A DNA stretch of 64,000 nucleotides from Candidatus Methylomirabilota bacterium (GTDB lineage Bacteria; Methylomirabilota; Methylomirabilia; Rokubacteriales; CSP1-6): contig DASTOJ010000015.1 in the NCBI GenBank assembly GCA_035762565.1, positions 11,028 to 75,027 on the forward strand, given 5' to 3'. Each line of letters opens with the position of its first letter. The stretch's first letter is position 1. Under the pieces are notes generated by a model. The model saw only the letters and a list, made by a program, of their open reading frames with translations. It searched no databases and was not told the DNA's origin. The translations under genes and the position numbers were made by a program. Of the stretch, positions 20,074 to 34,016 are shown piece by piece.

Positions 20074-21036
20074 ATGCATCGGCGGGGTGTCTTGCTCGTC
20101 GCGTTGCTGCTCGCCGGCTGCTCGTCGGTGATCTCGGTCGACCTTTCCCCGCGTATCCGCCCGCTCGAGGAGGAGACGGTCGAGGGCAAGGGCGACGCCA
20201 AGATCCTGCTCATGGACGTCTCCGGCTTCCTCTCCGACGAGACTCCGAGCGGCGCACTCACGATCGGCACCCCGCCCCCGCGGGTGCCGATGCTGGTGCG
20301 GCTGCGCGAGGAGCTCAAGAAGGCCGGCGACGACCCCAAGGTCCGCGCGCTGGTGGTGCGGATCAACAGCCCCGGCGGCACGGTGACCGCGTCGGACATC
20401 ATCTTCCGCGAGCTCACGGCCTTCAAGCGCGCCGGTCGGGTACCGGTGGTGGCCTCGTTGATGGACGTTGCCGCCTCCGGTGGCTACTACGTCGCGCTCG
20501 CGGCCGACACCATCGTGGCCCACCCCACGACCGTCACCGGCTCCATCGGCGTGATCATGATCAGCCTCAACGCCGAGGGACTGATGCAGAAGCTCGGCGT
20601 CGCCACGGCGGCGATCAAGTCCGGCGAGCGCAAGGACATGGGCAGCCCGTTCCGCGCGCTCACCGTGGAGGAGCGCCAGATCTTCCAGTCGGTGATCGAC
20701 GACATGCACCGGCAGTTCGTGGCGAGGGTCGTCGAGCGGCGGCAGTTGCCGGCCGCGGCGGCGGCCGGGCTGGCCGACGGCCGCATCTACACCGCCGAGC
20801 AGGCGCTCGGCCACAGGCTCGTGGACCGGATCGGGTACGTCCCCGACGCCCTCGAGGTGGCCCGGCGCGCCGCCGGGCTCGACGAGGCTCGGGTGATCGT
20901 GTACAAGCGCCCGCGCGAGTACCGTGCGACCTACTATGCACGCGCGGAGTCGGAGACGGGCGCGCTCGCCACGCTCGCGCAGGCCGCCGGCCTGGCGGGA
21001 GTCGGGCCGAAGTTCCTGTATCTTTGGCTGGAATAG
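20074..21036 (+). CDS. sppA: Signal peptide peptidase SppA (36K type), lipoprotein
   Basis: ATG 20074 within track ORF 18676..21036. Lipobox LLLAGCSS, RINSPGGTVTASD, AASGGYYVA. Confidence 0.85.
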   Translation: MHRRGVLLVALLLAGCSSVISVDLSPRIRPLEEETVEGKGDAKILLMDVSGFLSDETPSGALTIGTPPPRVPMLVRLREELKKAGDDPKVRALVVRINSPGGTVTASDIIFRELTAFKRAGRVPVVASLMDVAASGGYYVALAADTIVAHPTTVTGSIGVIMISLNAEGLMQKLGVATAAIKSGERKDMGSPFRALTVEERQIFQSVIDDMHRQFVARVVERRQLPAAAAAGLADGRIYTAEQALGHRLVDRIGYVPDALEVARRAAGLDEARVIVYKRPREYRATYYARAESETGALATLAQAAGLAGVGPKFLYLWLE

Positions 21037-21053
21037 CGCTGAACGACGGACAG

Positions 21054-21245
21054 TCAGGACGGCTCGGCGCGCCCCGGCTCAGGCGGGCGCGCGAAGCCGG
21101 CGCAGCTCAGGACGGGCAGGCGTGGATACTTCGGGAAGCGCGGGTCCGTCGCACTCAGCCCGCACAGCCAGAAGGTCGCCCCGCGGCCGGACACCACCGT
21201 GCGCGCGTGCGCGCACGTCGCGCAGAGTCCTATCGGCCCTTCCAC
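21054..21245 (-). CDS. Small Cys-rich hypothetical protein (63 aa)
   Basis: CATCAH...FWLCGLS..DPRFPKYPRLPVLSCAGF: four spaced Cys. It overlaps the upstream crotonase stop by 16 nt. Confidence 0.5.
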   Translation of the reverse strand: MEGPIGLCATCAHARTVVSGRGATFWLCGLSATDPRFPKYPRLPVLSCAGFARPPEPGRAEPS

Positions 21246-22015
21246 TGCGGGGCGCGCCTGGCAAAGAAGGCCTCGATGCCTTCGCGGGCGTCGTCGGAGA
21301 GCCCGACCAGCGTGATCAGCTCGCGCAGGTAGCGGAGCGCCTTGCCGTACTCCATGTCCTGGATCGTCGAGGCCGCCTCCTTGGCGAGCGCCACCGCCGC
21401 GGGGCTGAACGTCGCCAGGCGGGCGGCCAGCGCGCCGGTCTCACGCCCGAGCTCGGCGCGCGGGACGACGCGGCTCACCAGTCCCATCTCGAGGGCCTCG
21501 CGGGCAGTCACGGTCTCGCCGGAGAGGATCATCAGCATCCCGCGCTTGCGCCCGACCGCTCGCAGGATGGGCGCCATCACCACCAGCGGCAGCAGTCCCA
21601 CCGTGATCTCGGGCAGCCCGAACACCGCGTCGTCGGCAGCGATCACCACGTCGCACCCGGCCGCCAGCCCGCAGCCGCCGGCCAGCGCGTAGCCGTGCAC
21701 CTGGGCGATGACGGGCGTGCGCATGCGCGTGATCGCTTCCAGGATACGCGCCAGGCCGCCGAACGACTCGCGGGCCTGCAGTGTCGTCCCCCGGTCGCCC
21801 ACCCCCTTGAGGTCGGCGCCTGCGCAGAAGGCGCGGTCGCCCGCGCCGGCGAGCACGATCACCCGGGCCGCGGCGTCCACCTCCCAGGCGGCGAGCGCCG
21901 CCTCCAGCTCCTGCACCATCGTGCGCGACAGCGCGTTGCGGACCTCAGGCCGGTTCAGCGTGATACGCGCCACGCCGTTCTCGAGGGCGGTGAGCAGGGT
22001 CTCGTAGCGACTCAC
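21230..22015 (-). CDS. Enoyl-CoA hydratase/isomerase family protein
   Basis: LAGAGDRAFCAGADL, VHGYALAGGCGLAAGCD; 261 aa. Confidence 0.9.
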   Translation of the reverse strand: MSRYETLLTALENGVARITLNRPEVRNALSRTMVQELEAALAAWEVDAAARVIVLAGAGDRAFCAGADLKGVGDRGTTLQARESFGGLARILEAITRMRTPVIAQVHGYALAGGCGLAAGCDVVIAADDAVFGLPEITVGLLPLVVMAPILRAVGRKRGMLMILSGETVTAREALEMGLVSRVVPRAELGRETGALAARLATFSPAAVALAKEAASTIQDMEYGKALRYLRELITLVGLSDDAREGIEAFFARRAPQWKGR

Positions 22016-22614
22016 TGGTCGGCGACCAGGTCGAGATACTGCTTGAGAATGCGGGCGGTGGCCCCCCAGATCGTCTCGCGCTGGTAGTCGTAGAAATAGA
22101 CGTCGCGCGCCACGCCGTCACGCTCCCACCGCTCGACCCGGAAGCACCCGCGAGCCAGTAGCGCCGCCACCGGCACCTCGATCACCTTCTCGATCTCCTC
22201 GCCGTCGGGCTGCCAGACCACCGGCCCCCGGACCACGCCCACCCACGGCGTGATCACGAACCGGGTGGCGAACGTCTCGGTGTCGTCCAGCAGGCCGAGC
22301 GGCTCCACCGACGCCGGCTCCAGCCCCACCTCCTCCTGGGCCTCGCGCAGCGCCGCCTGCAGGTCGTCGGCGTCACCAGCGTCGACGCGCCCCCCGGGAA
22401 ACGAGATCTGGCCGGCGTGGTGGCCCACGCGGTCGGTTCGCTTGGCGAACACCAGGTGCGCCTCGCCGCGATCGACGAGCGGCACCAGCACCGCGGCCCG
22501 CACGAGTGGCCCCGGTGGCACGATCCGCCGCGCGCGGCCCGCCAGCCGCGCGCGCGTCCGGGCCACCAGCGTGTCGACACTCAGGCCGCCCACGGCCCGG
22601 CGCTCGTCAGGCAA
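22012..22614 (-). CDS. Nudix hydrolase, CoA pyrophosphatase subtype
   Basis: Nudix box GGRVDAGD..LQAALREAQEEVGL preceded by HAGQISFPGG, the CoA-Nudix signature. Confidence 0.8.
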   Translation of the reverse strand: MPDERRAVGGLSVDTLVARTRARLAGRARRIVPPGPLVRAAVLVPLVDRGEAHLVFAKRTDRVGHHAGQISFPGGRVDAGDADDLQAALREAQEEVGLEPASVEPLGLLDDTETFATRFVITPWVGVVRGPVVWQPDGEEIEKVIEVPVAALLARGCFRVERWERDGVARDVYFYDYQRETIWGATARILKQYLDLVADQ

Positions 22615-23380
22615 AGCGGACCGACACCGAGCCCAGCCGGGTGTACGTCGCGCGCACGGCGTCGCCGGCGCGCGGCCGCAGGAGCCTCGAGACGGAGCCC
22701 GTCATGACGACGTCGCCGGCCCGCAAGCCGAGCCCGCGCGCGCCCAGGTGATTGGCGACCCACGCCAGCGCGTTCAGCGGGTTGCCCATGACCTCGGCCG
22801 CCGTGGCGGTCGCCGCGATCGTCCCGTTGTGCTCGTAGACGAGCCCCTCGAGCGCGAGGTCGAGGCCCGTGATCGGCGTCAGGGCCCCGCCGAGCACGAC
22901 GGCGCTGGCGTAGATCCCCTCGGCGATGAGGTCGGTGCCGACCGTCTTGCCGCTGTAGCGGAAGTCGACCAGCTCCAGCGCGGCCAGCGCGCCCTCCACG
23001 GCGGCCGCCGCCCGCGCCGCCGTGACGCCGGGCCCGGCCAGCTCCCGGCGCATCACGAACGCGATCTCGGCCTCGACCGCCGGCGCGGTGAAGCGTGCGA
23101 ACGGCACCTCCGCCCGGCTGGCCAGCACTCCGGAGGCCAGCAGGAACGCGCAACCCGGCTCGCTCAGCTCGTTGGCCTCCTGCGCCGCGCGCGTGGTGAA
23201 CGCGGCCTTCCAGCCGGCCAGCCGCTCGCCGCGGGCGAGCAGCGCCTCGCGCAGCCGGTCTTGAAGCCGGTAGGCCTCGGCCAGGTCGAGCCGCCGCCCT
23301 CTCTCGCTGGGCGGCCGGGTCGGCCCGGGCTCGCTGCGGGCCCGGAGGAACTCGTCGATCAGCGGAGCGTCGAGACTCAC
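22607..23380 (-). CDS. 2-keto-4-pentenoate hydratase / 2-oxohepta-3-ene-1,7-dioate hydratase family protein
   Basis: GTG 23380 overlaps the CPBP stop (GTGA). AYRLQDRL...GWKAAFT...EAEIAF...DFRY...GDVVMTGS. The remainder of 971-aa track ORF 22607..25522 is an artefact. Confidence 0.7.
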   Translation of the reverse strand: MSLDAPLIDEFLRARSEPGPTRPPSERGRRLDLAEAYRLQDRLREALLARGERLAGWKAAFTTRAAQEANELSEPGCAFLLASGVLASRAEVPFARFTAPAVEAEIAFVMRRELAGPGVTAARAAAAVEGALAALELVDFRYSGKTVGTDLIAEGIYASAVVLGGALTPITGLDLALEGLVYEHNGTIAATATAAEVMGNPLNALAWVANHLGARGLGLRAGDVVMTGSVSRLLRPRAGDAVRATYTRLGSVSVRFA

Positions 23381-24186
23381 ACCGGCGCCGGACCCGGCGA
23401 GGCGCGCCGGAGCCACCACACGCACGCCACGAAGAGCGCGGCGCCGACGGCGGCCGCCGCGAGGTTGGCGCCGCGCCCCGTCACGGCGAGGCCCAGCGCC
23501 GTCTGCAGCGTGTAGACAACGTTGTTGACCACGTGACAGACGACGGCCGGCAGCGTGCTCCCCGAGAGCTCGGCGACGAAGCCGAGGTACAGCCCGAGGG
23601 CGAAGGCCAGCAGCGTGTGGACGGCGGACGCGTCCAGGTGCAGCGCGGCGAAGGCGGCGCTGGTCGCCACCACCGCCGCCGGTGCCGACCAGTGCTCGCG
23701 CAGGCGCGACTGCATGTAGCCGCGGAAGAACAGCTCCTCGGCGGCCCCGGCGCCGACGCCGAGCACCAGCACGGCGGCGAACAGGTCGGGCCCGCGGGTG
23801 CCGTGCAGCACCTGGCGGATCAGCACGAGCGAGCCGCGGTCGGCCAGGCCCGCGACCGTGACGAGCGAGTCGAGCGCCTGCCCCAGCGCCAGCAGCCCCA
23901 GCGTCATCACGGCCAGGGCCGGGCCCGTCTCCCAGCCCGGCCGCAGCCGCAGGCGCGCCGGCTCGAGCGGCCGGACAACGAGCAGGATCGTCAGCACCAG
24001 TCCGGACGACGCGGCCAGGCTGCCGGCTAGCAGCCCCGGCAGCGTGCGCACGACCGTCGCCTCGGGGACGTCCGGATACATGGCGCGCAGCACCTCGACG
24101 GCGACGCCGGTCGTGGCGAAGATGCCGGCGATCGCCGCCAGATACGTCGCGAACACGTGCCAGGGTCGCCCGGTCGGCTCCTCCAT
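23377..24186 (-). CDS. CPBP (CAAX) family intramembrane glutamic protease
   Basis: Motifs EELFFRG, FAALH, HVVNN in a polytopic membrane protein. Confidence 0.85.
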   Translation of the reverse strand: MEEPTGRPWHVFATYLAAIAGIFATTGVAVEVLRAMYPDVPEATVVRTLPGLLAGSLAASSGLVLTILLVVRPLEPARLRLRPGWETGPALAVMTLGLLALGQALDSLVTVAGLADRGSLVLIRQVLHGTRGPDLFAAVLVLGVGAGAAEELFFRGYMQSRLREHWSAPAAVVATSAAFAALHLDASAVHTLLAFALGLYLGFVAELSGSTLPAVVCHVVNNVVYTLQTALGLAVTGRGANLAAAAVGAALFVACVWWLRRASPGPAPV

Positions 24187-24198
24187 CGAGCGGGCGGC

Positions 24199-25599
24199 TC
24201 AGTCGAGCGCGGGCGGCCGCGCCCAGTCGCCGGCTTGCTCGACGGCGTGGGCCAGACGGAGCACGGTCGCTTCGTCGAAGGGGCGGCCGACGACCTGCAG
24301 GCCCAGCGGACGGCCGTCGGCGGAGACGCCGCATGGCACCGCGATCACCGGCAACCCCAGCACGTTGAAGGGTCGGGTGAGCCGGGAGAAGCGACCCATG
24401 CGACGCACGACGTCGTCCACGGAGCCGGCGACGACGGCCTCCAGCGCCGGCGCAGGCTCGGGGATGGTCGGCGCCAGCACCGCATCGACCTCCTCGAAGA
24501 CCTCGGCGATGAACTCGCGGGTCAGGCGCGCGCGCAGACGGCCGGCCTGGAGATAGTCGTGGGCCGAGATGTGGAAGCCCACCTCGAGCCGGCTGCGCAC
24601 GGCCGCCCCCAGCTCGTGCGGGCGCTCGCGCGCGACGCGCGCGTGGATGGCGGCGCTCTCCGCGCGCGCCAGGATGCCGGCCACGTCGACGAGCGGGGCC
24701 GGATCGGGCAGCCGCAGCGTGCGGACGCCCGCGCCGCGAGAGGCGAGCGCCCGCGCGGCTTCCTCCACCGCAGCCCGTACCTCGGGCCGCACGCCGTCGA
24801 AGTAGTAGTTGTCGGGCAGTCCCACGCGCAGCCCCGCCGGCGAGCGATCCAGCGCCGCCGCCAGCGGGCCCACCGGCCGCGGGCTGGACGTCGCATCGTG
24901 GGGATCGGGCCCGGCGATGATCTCCAGCAGGAGGGCGCCGTCGCGCACGGTGCGCGTCATGGGTCCCAGGTGATCCAGCGACCACGACAGCGGCATGACG
25001 CCGGCCCGGCTCACGCGGCCGTAGGTGGGCTTGATGCCGACGATGCCGCAACACGCCGCCGGCAGCCGGATCGAGCCGCCGGTGTCGGAACCCAGTGCGC
25101 CGAACGCCAGGCGCGCCGCCACCGCCGCGCCGGAGCCGCTGGACGAGCCGCCGGCGACGTGGCCGCGCTTGTGAGGGTTGTCGACGTCGCCGTGGTGGGG
25201 ATTGTCGCCAAACGGCCCCAGCGCCAGCTCGGTCATGTTCAGCTTGCCGAGCGTCACCGCGCCGGCCGCGGTCAGCCGCGCCACCGCGGTGCACTCCACC
25301 TCGCTCGTGAAGTACTCGGCCGTCTTGGTGCCGCACGAGGTCGGCAGCCCGCGCACGTGGCACAGGTCCTTGTAGGCCAGCGGCACGCCGTGCAGCGGCC
25401 CGTGGCGGCGCCCGGCGGCCAGGTCGGCGTCGAGCGCGCGCGCGCGGGCCAGCGCGCCCTCGGCGTCGAGCGTGATGAAGGCGCGCAGGCGGCCGTCCAG
25501 CCGGGCGATCCGGTCCAGGCACGCGCGGGTAGCCTCCACCGCCGTGACCTTGCGGGCCGCGATGGCGGCGGCCAGCGCGGCGAGCGTGAGGTCAGTCAC
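24199..25599 (-). CDS. Amidase signature (GatA-like) family amidase
   Basis: GGSSSGSGAAVAA and GSDTGGSIR motifs; 466 aa. Confidence 0.9.
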   Translation of the reverse strand: MTDLTLAALAAAIAARKVTAVEATRACLDRIARLDGRLRAFITLDAEGALARARALDADLAAGRRHGPLHGVPLAYKDLCHVRGLPTSCGTKTAEYFTSEVECTAVARLTAAGAVTLGKLNMTELALGPFGDNPHHGDVDNPHKRGHVAGGSSSGSGAAVAARLAFGALGSDTGGSIRLPAACCGIVGIKPTYGRVSRAGVMPLSWSLDHLGPMTRTVRDGALLLEIIAGPDPHDATSSPRPVGPLAAALDRSPAGLRVGLPDNYYFDGVRPEVRAAVEEAARALASRGAGVRTLRLPDPAPLVDVAGILARAESAAIHARVARERPHELGAAVRSRLEVGFHISAHDYLQAGRLRARLTREFIAEVFEEVDAVLAPTIPEPAPALEAVVAGSVDDVVRRMGRFSRLTRPFNVLGLPVIAVPCGVSADGRPLGLQVVGRPFDEATVLRLAHAVEQAGDWARPPALD

Positions 25600-25744
25600 G
25601 CGGCGTCCCGGCCTCGAGCGCGCGCACGAAGTTCGACGGCTCCTCGGTCAGCGCCAGGTCACCCGCCGCCCGCTCGATCGTGCCGGCCAGGGCCGCGACG
25701 TCGCCCTGAGCCTGGCGGCGAACCGTGGGGTCGGATCCGGTCAT
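25592..25744 (-). CDS. 50-codon ORF coupled to the amidase (possible AtzG/GatC-like small subunit)
   Basis: Manual translation: MTGSDPTVRRQAQGDVAALAGTIERAAGDLALTEEPSNFVRALEAGTPRD. It overlaps the amidase GTG by 8 nt and has high GC3. It falls below the ORF-track length cutoff. Confidence 0.4.
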   Translation of the reverse strand: MTGSDPTVRRQAQGDVAALAGTIERAAGDLALTEEPSNFVRALEAGTPRD

Positions 25745-25771
25745 GACGGGTCGGATTCTAGCATCGCCGTC

Positions 25772-26908
25772 TCAGCGATCCTCGACGGTGGGCTCGTCCG
25801 GCAGGCGGCCGAGGGTGACGGCGACCGTCCGCTCGCCGTCCCGGCGCACGACGCGCAGCGTGACCTTCGTGCCAGGGGGCGTGCCGGCCACGCGCCGGGT
25901 CAACTCGTTGGGACTCTGGATCGGCGCGCCCTGGACCGCCGTGATCACGTCGGCCTCGGCCAGTCCAGCCGTGGCCGCCGGGGAGCGCGGCACGACCTGG
26001 ATCACGAGGGCGCCGCGCTGGGGCGGCAGGTCGAGGCTCCGGCGGATCTCGGGTGGCACCGGCGCCACGGCGACGCCCAGGTACCCGCGCACCACCTTGC
26101 CGCTGGCGCGCAGCTGGGGCAGGACCTCCTTGGCGAGGTTCACGGGGATCGCGAAGCCGATGCCGACCGACCCCCCGGTCTGCGAGAAGATCGCCGTGTT
26201 GATGCCGACCAGCGCACCGCGGCTGTCCACCAGCGGTCCCCCCGAGTTGCCCGGATTGATGGAGGCGTCGGTCTGGATGAAGTCGTCGTAGGGGCCGGCG
26301 CCGATGAAGCGCTCCTTGGCGCTCACGATGCCGGTGGTGACGGTCTGCTCGAGCCCGAACGGGTTGCCGATGGCCATGACCGGCTCACCGACCTGCAGCT
26401 GGTCGGAGTCGCCGAAGGGCAGCGTCGTCAGGCCGCCCGCCTCGAGCTTCAGGAGCGCGATGTCGGTCCGGGGGTCGCTGCCGACCAGGCGCGCCTCGTG
26501 CTCGCTGTGATCGGCCAGGCGCACCACGATCGCGCCGGCTCCCCGCACGACGTGGACGTTCGTCACCACGTAGCCGTCGGCGGACACGATGAAGCCGGAG
26601 CCCAGGCTCTGGCGGCCGCGGGGCCCGGGCTGCGGCTCGCCGAAGAACCGCCTGAAGAACTCCTCGGGGCCGCCGCGCGGCGCGCGCTGGGTGGTGCTCA
26701 CGTTGACCACGGCCGGCCTCACCGCGCGGGCCAGCTCGACCCAGATCAGGAGCGGCGGCGACAGCGGCGCGGGGCCGCCCACCTCGCGCCAGAACGGCGC
26801 GGCGCTGACGCGGTCGCCGGGCTCGACCCGGACGCGGAGCACGCCGCCGGCGACGAGCAGCGCGCCGAGGCCGGCGAGCAGGAGGACGAGAAGAGCCAGG
26901 CGCCGCAT
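25772..26908 (-). CDS. htrA: HtrA/DegP-family serine protease with one PDZ domain
   Basis: Start MRRLALLVLLL (signal/anchor). GSGFIVSADGYVVTNVHVV, DIALLKL, NPGNSGGPLV catalytic triad context. Confidence 0.9.
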   Translation of the reverse strand: MRRLALLVLLLAGLGALLVAGGVLRVRVEPGDRVSAAPFWREVGGPAPLSPPLLIWVELARAVRPAVVNVSTTQRAPRGGPEEFFRRFFGEPQPGPRGRQSLGSGFIVSADGYVVTNVHVVRGAGAIVVRLADHSEHEARLVGSDPRTDIALLKLEAGGLTTLPFGDSDQLQVGEPVMAIGNPFGLEQTVTTGIVSAKERFIGAGPYDDFIQTDASINPGNSGGPLVDSRGALVGINTAIFSQTGGSVGIGFAIPVNLAKEVLPQLRASGKVVRGYLGVAVAPVPPEIRRSLDLPPQRGALVIQVVPRSPAATAGLAEADVITAVQGAPIQSPNELTRRVAGTPPGTKVTLRVVRRDGERTVAVTLGRLPDEPTVEDR

Positions 26909-26960
26909 CGGAACGCCATCATCACCCAGGCCCACCCCACACGGCAACCCGGGCCCGACC

Positions 26961-27809
26961 TCACCGGGCCAGGGCGATGCACGCCACACCGGCGAGCACG
27001 ATCGAGGCGCCGGCCAGGCGCGGCCCCAGGCGCCCCTCCCGAAGCCACAGGCTGCCCAGCACGGCCGAGAGCACGATCGACAGCTCGCGCGCGGCCACGA
27101 CGTACCCGGTCTTCGACAGGCGGAAGGCGAAGAGGACGAGCGTGTAGGCCAGCGCGCTCATGGCGGCGGCCAGCACGATCCGGCGCCAGCCGCCGAGCTC
27201 GCCCCGCACGGCGTCGCGGCGCAACGCCAGCAAGGGCAGGCCCAGCAGCGCGCAGCCCCCCTCCATCAGGAGCATGTAGGGCACCGGCTCGATCCGGGCC
27301 ACGCCCGCCTTGTCGATCAGCGAGTACGCGGCGATCGTCAGCCCGGTCACGACGGGCCACAGCACCCGGCGGTCGAGCCGCAGGGCGGCCGGCCCCGCCG
27401 TCAGCAGGTGCAGCGTGACGATCCCCGCCACGACGAGCGCGATTCCCGACGCGCCGAGCGGCGACAGCCGCTCGGCGAAGATCACGAGCGCCAGGACCGG
27501 CACCAGTGCCACGCCGAGGCCGCGGGCCACAGGGTAGACCAGCGAGTACGAGCCGGAGGCGTAGGAGCGCCCGAGCGCGTAGAAGTAGAAGGCGTGCACC
27601 AGGATGGTGGCGATCACGAACGGCGGCGCCGCCGGCGAGACGCCCTCCGTCACGAGATACCAGAGCCCGAGCGGCAGCAGGAGCGCGGTGCTGGCGACAG
27701 TGGCCAGCCACAGGAAGACCACGGGATCGCCGCCGCGCTTGGCCATCGCGTTCCAGCCGGCGTGCAGCGCGGCCGCGCACACCACGAGGGCGAGCGCGGC
27801 CGGACTCAA
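26961..27809 (-). CDS. EamA/DMT-superfamily transporter
   Basis: 282 aa, ~10 TM segments, two-fold internal repeat typical of DMT. It overlaps the phnW stop by 4 nt. Confidence 0.75.
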   Translation of the reverse strand: MSPAALALVVCAAALHAGWNAMAKRGGDPVVFLWLATVASTALLLPLGLWYLVTEGVSPAAPPFVIATILVHAFYFYALGRSYASGSYSLVYPVARGLGVALVPVLALVIFAERLSPLGASGIALVVAGIVTLHLLTAGPAALRLDRRVLWPVVTGLTIAAYSLIDKAGVARIEPVPYMLLMEGGCALLGLPLLALRRDAVRGELGGWRRIVLAAAMSALAYTLVLFAFRLSKTGYVVAARELSIVLSAVLGSLWLREGRLGPRLAGASIVLAGVACIALAR

Positions 27810-28909
27810 CTAGGGAGCTTCAGCTCCTCGAGGCACTCGGCGAAGGCCGCCACCACGGCCTGCATGTCCTTGGGCGTGAGCGTGCCCATGTTGGAGACGC
27901 GGAAGGCGTAGGTCCGGATCGCGCCCTGCCCGGCGTAGATGACGTAGCCGCGGCGCTTCATCGCGTCGTGGAGCGCGTCGTAGCCGAGGCCCGCCGGGAG
28001 CCGGAACGTGGTGAGGATCTGCGAGCGGGCGCCCTCCGGCACCAGGATGTCGAAGCCGAGGGCGGCCATCCCGCGCCGCAGCACGCTGCAGTTCTCGCCG
28101 TAGCGGGCGATGCGGGCCGCAACGCCCTCCTCCTCCAGCTCCACGAGCGCCTCGCGCATGGCGTGCAGGACCTGGACGGCCGGCGTGAAAGGCGTGTTGT
28201 CCTGCTCCTGGGTCGCCCAGTGGTTGAAGAGGTCGAGGTACACGCTGCGGGGCGGCCGCCCGCGCAGCGCCTCCAGCGCCGTGCGGCGCGCCAGCACGAA
28301 CGAGACGCCGGGAATCCCCTGCAGGCACTTGTTCGCGCTGGCCGTCACGAAGTCGACGCCCTCGCGTGCGACGTCGAGCGGCTCGCCGAACAGGCTGCTC
28401 ATGGCGTCCACGATCAGCCGCCGGCCGGCCGCCGCCGCCACGTCGGCCACCGCCTCCACCGGGTTCAGCAGCCCCGTGGTCGTCTCGTGGTGGACGACGG
28501 CGACGTGGCTGACCTCGGGATGCTCGCGCAGGCGCCGGGCGACGTCGGGGGGGGGCACCGGCGTGGTGGCGTCGTAGCGCAGCACCTCGGCCGGGATGCG
28601 GTGCGCCCGCGCGATCCGCAGCATCCGGTCGCCGTACACGCCGTTGTCGACGACCAGCAGCCCGCGGCCCTCCTCCACCGCCGAGGCCAGCGTCGCCTCG
28701 ACCGCCGCCGTGCCGGAGCCGGTGAACAGCACGGCGTCGAACGCCCGCTCGGCGCCGGCCGCCCGCGCCAGTCGAGTCCGGCACTCGCGCATCACCTCGA
28801 AGAACTCGGGCTCCCGGTGGCAGAGATCGGGCGTCACCAGCGCCTGGCGCACGCGCGGGCTCGTGTTGGCCGGCCCCGGATTGAGCAGGATCCATTCGCG
28901 CCCGGCCAT
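27806..28909 (-). CDS. phnW: 2-aminoethylphosphonate:pyruvate aminotransferase
   Basis: Class V aminotransferase: LLNPGPANTS, HHETTTGLLNP, DAMSS, SANKCLQGIPG (PLP Lys). Collinear with recalled Salmonella PhnW. Confidence 0.8.
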   Translation of the reverse strand: MAGREWILLNPGPANTSPRVRQALVTPDLCHREPEFFEVMRECRTRLARAAGAERAFDAVLFTGSGTAAVEATLASAVEEGRGLLVVDNGVYGDRMLRIARAHRIPAEVLRYDATTPVPPPDVARRLREHPEVSHVAVVHHETTTGLLNPVEAVADVAAAAGRRLIVDAMSSLFGEPLDVAREGVDFVTASANKCLQGIPGVSFVLARRTALEALRGRPPRSVYLDLFNHWATQEQDNTPFTPAVQVLHAMREALVELEEEGVAARIARYGENCSVLRRGMAALGFDILVPEGARSQILTTFRLPAGLGYDALHDAMKRRGYVIYAGQGAIRTYAFRVSNMGTLTPKDMQAVVAAFAECLEELKLPS

Positions 28910-28910
28910 G

Positions 28911-33658
<4,748 letters not shown>

Positions 33659-33671
33659 GGTGGAGGGTGGC

Positions 33672-34016
33672 TCAGAGCAGCCGCCCCAGCGGGCCGAGAT
33701 CGAGGTTGAGATCCTCCGGCTCGAGGCCGAAGCGCGCGGCGATGTCGCGCACCGTCTCCTCCAGGCGCATGAGCGCCACGCCCACCGCCTCGGTCTCCTC
33801 GGCCGACAGCGTGCCGCCCTCCAGGCGCCGGATGGCCTGGCGCTCGAGGAGCTGGCGGATGAACTCCACGAGCGTGAGGACGAGCCGGGCGACCGAGCGC
33901 TGCACGTCCTCGGGATCCGCGTTCCAGCGCGGGGCCGCCAGCGCCGCCTGCCGCTCCAGCTCCCCGCGGAGCGATTCGAGCTCGCGCACCTGGACGGCCG
34001 GGCGCCGCGCGCTCAC
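33672..34016 (-). CDS. gvpK: Gas vesicle protein GvpK
   Basis: ADPEDVQRSVARLVLTLVEFIRQLLERQAIRRLEGG.LS.EE.E..G.ALMRLE....DLNLDLGPLGRLL. GTG 34016 overlaps the upstream stop (GTGA). Confidence 0.85.
   Translation of the reverse strand: MSARRPAVQVRELESLRGELERQAALAAPRWNADPEDVQRSVARLVLTLVEFIRQLLERQAIRRLEGGTLSAEETEAVGVALMRLEETVRDIAARFGLEPEDLNLDLGPLGRLL

Noticed and set aside
23381-25522. N-terminal 700 codons of the 971-aa ORF 22607..25522.
   Set aside because: It is an alternative frame over the CPBP protease and amidase genes and extremely Arg/Gly/Pro-rich. The real gene starts at GTG 23380 (hydratase).
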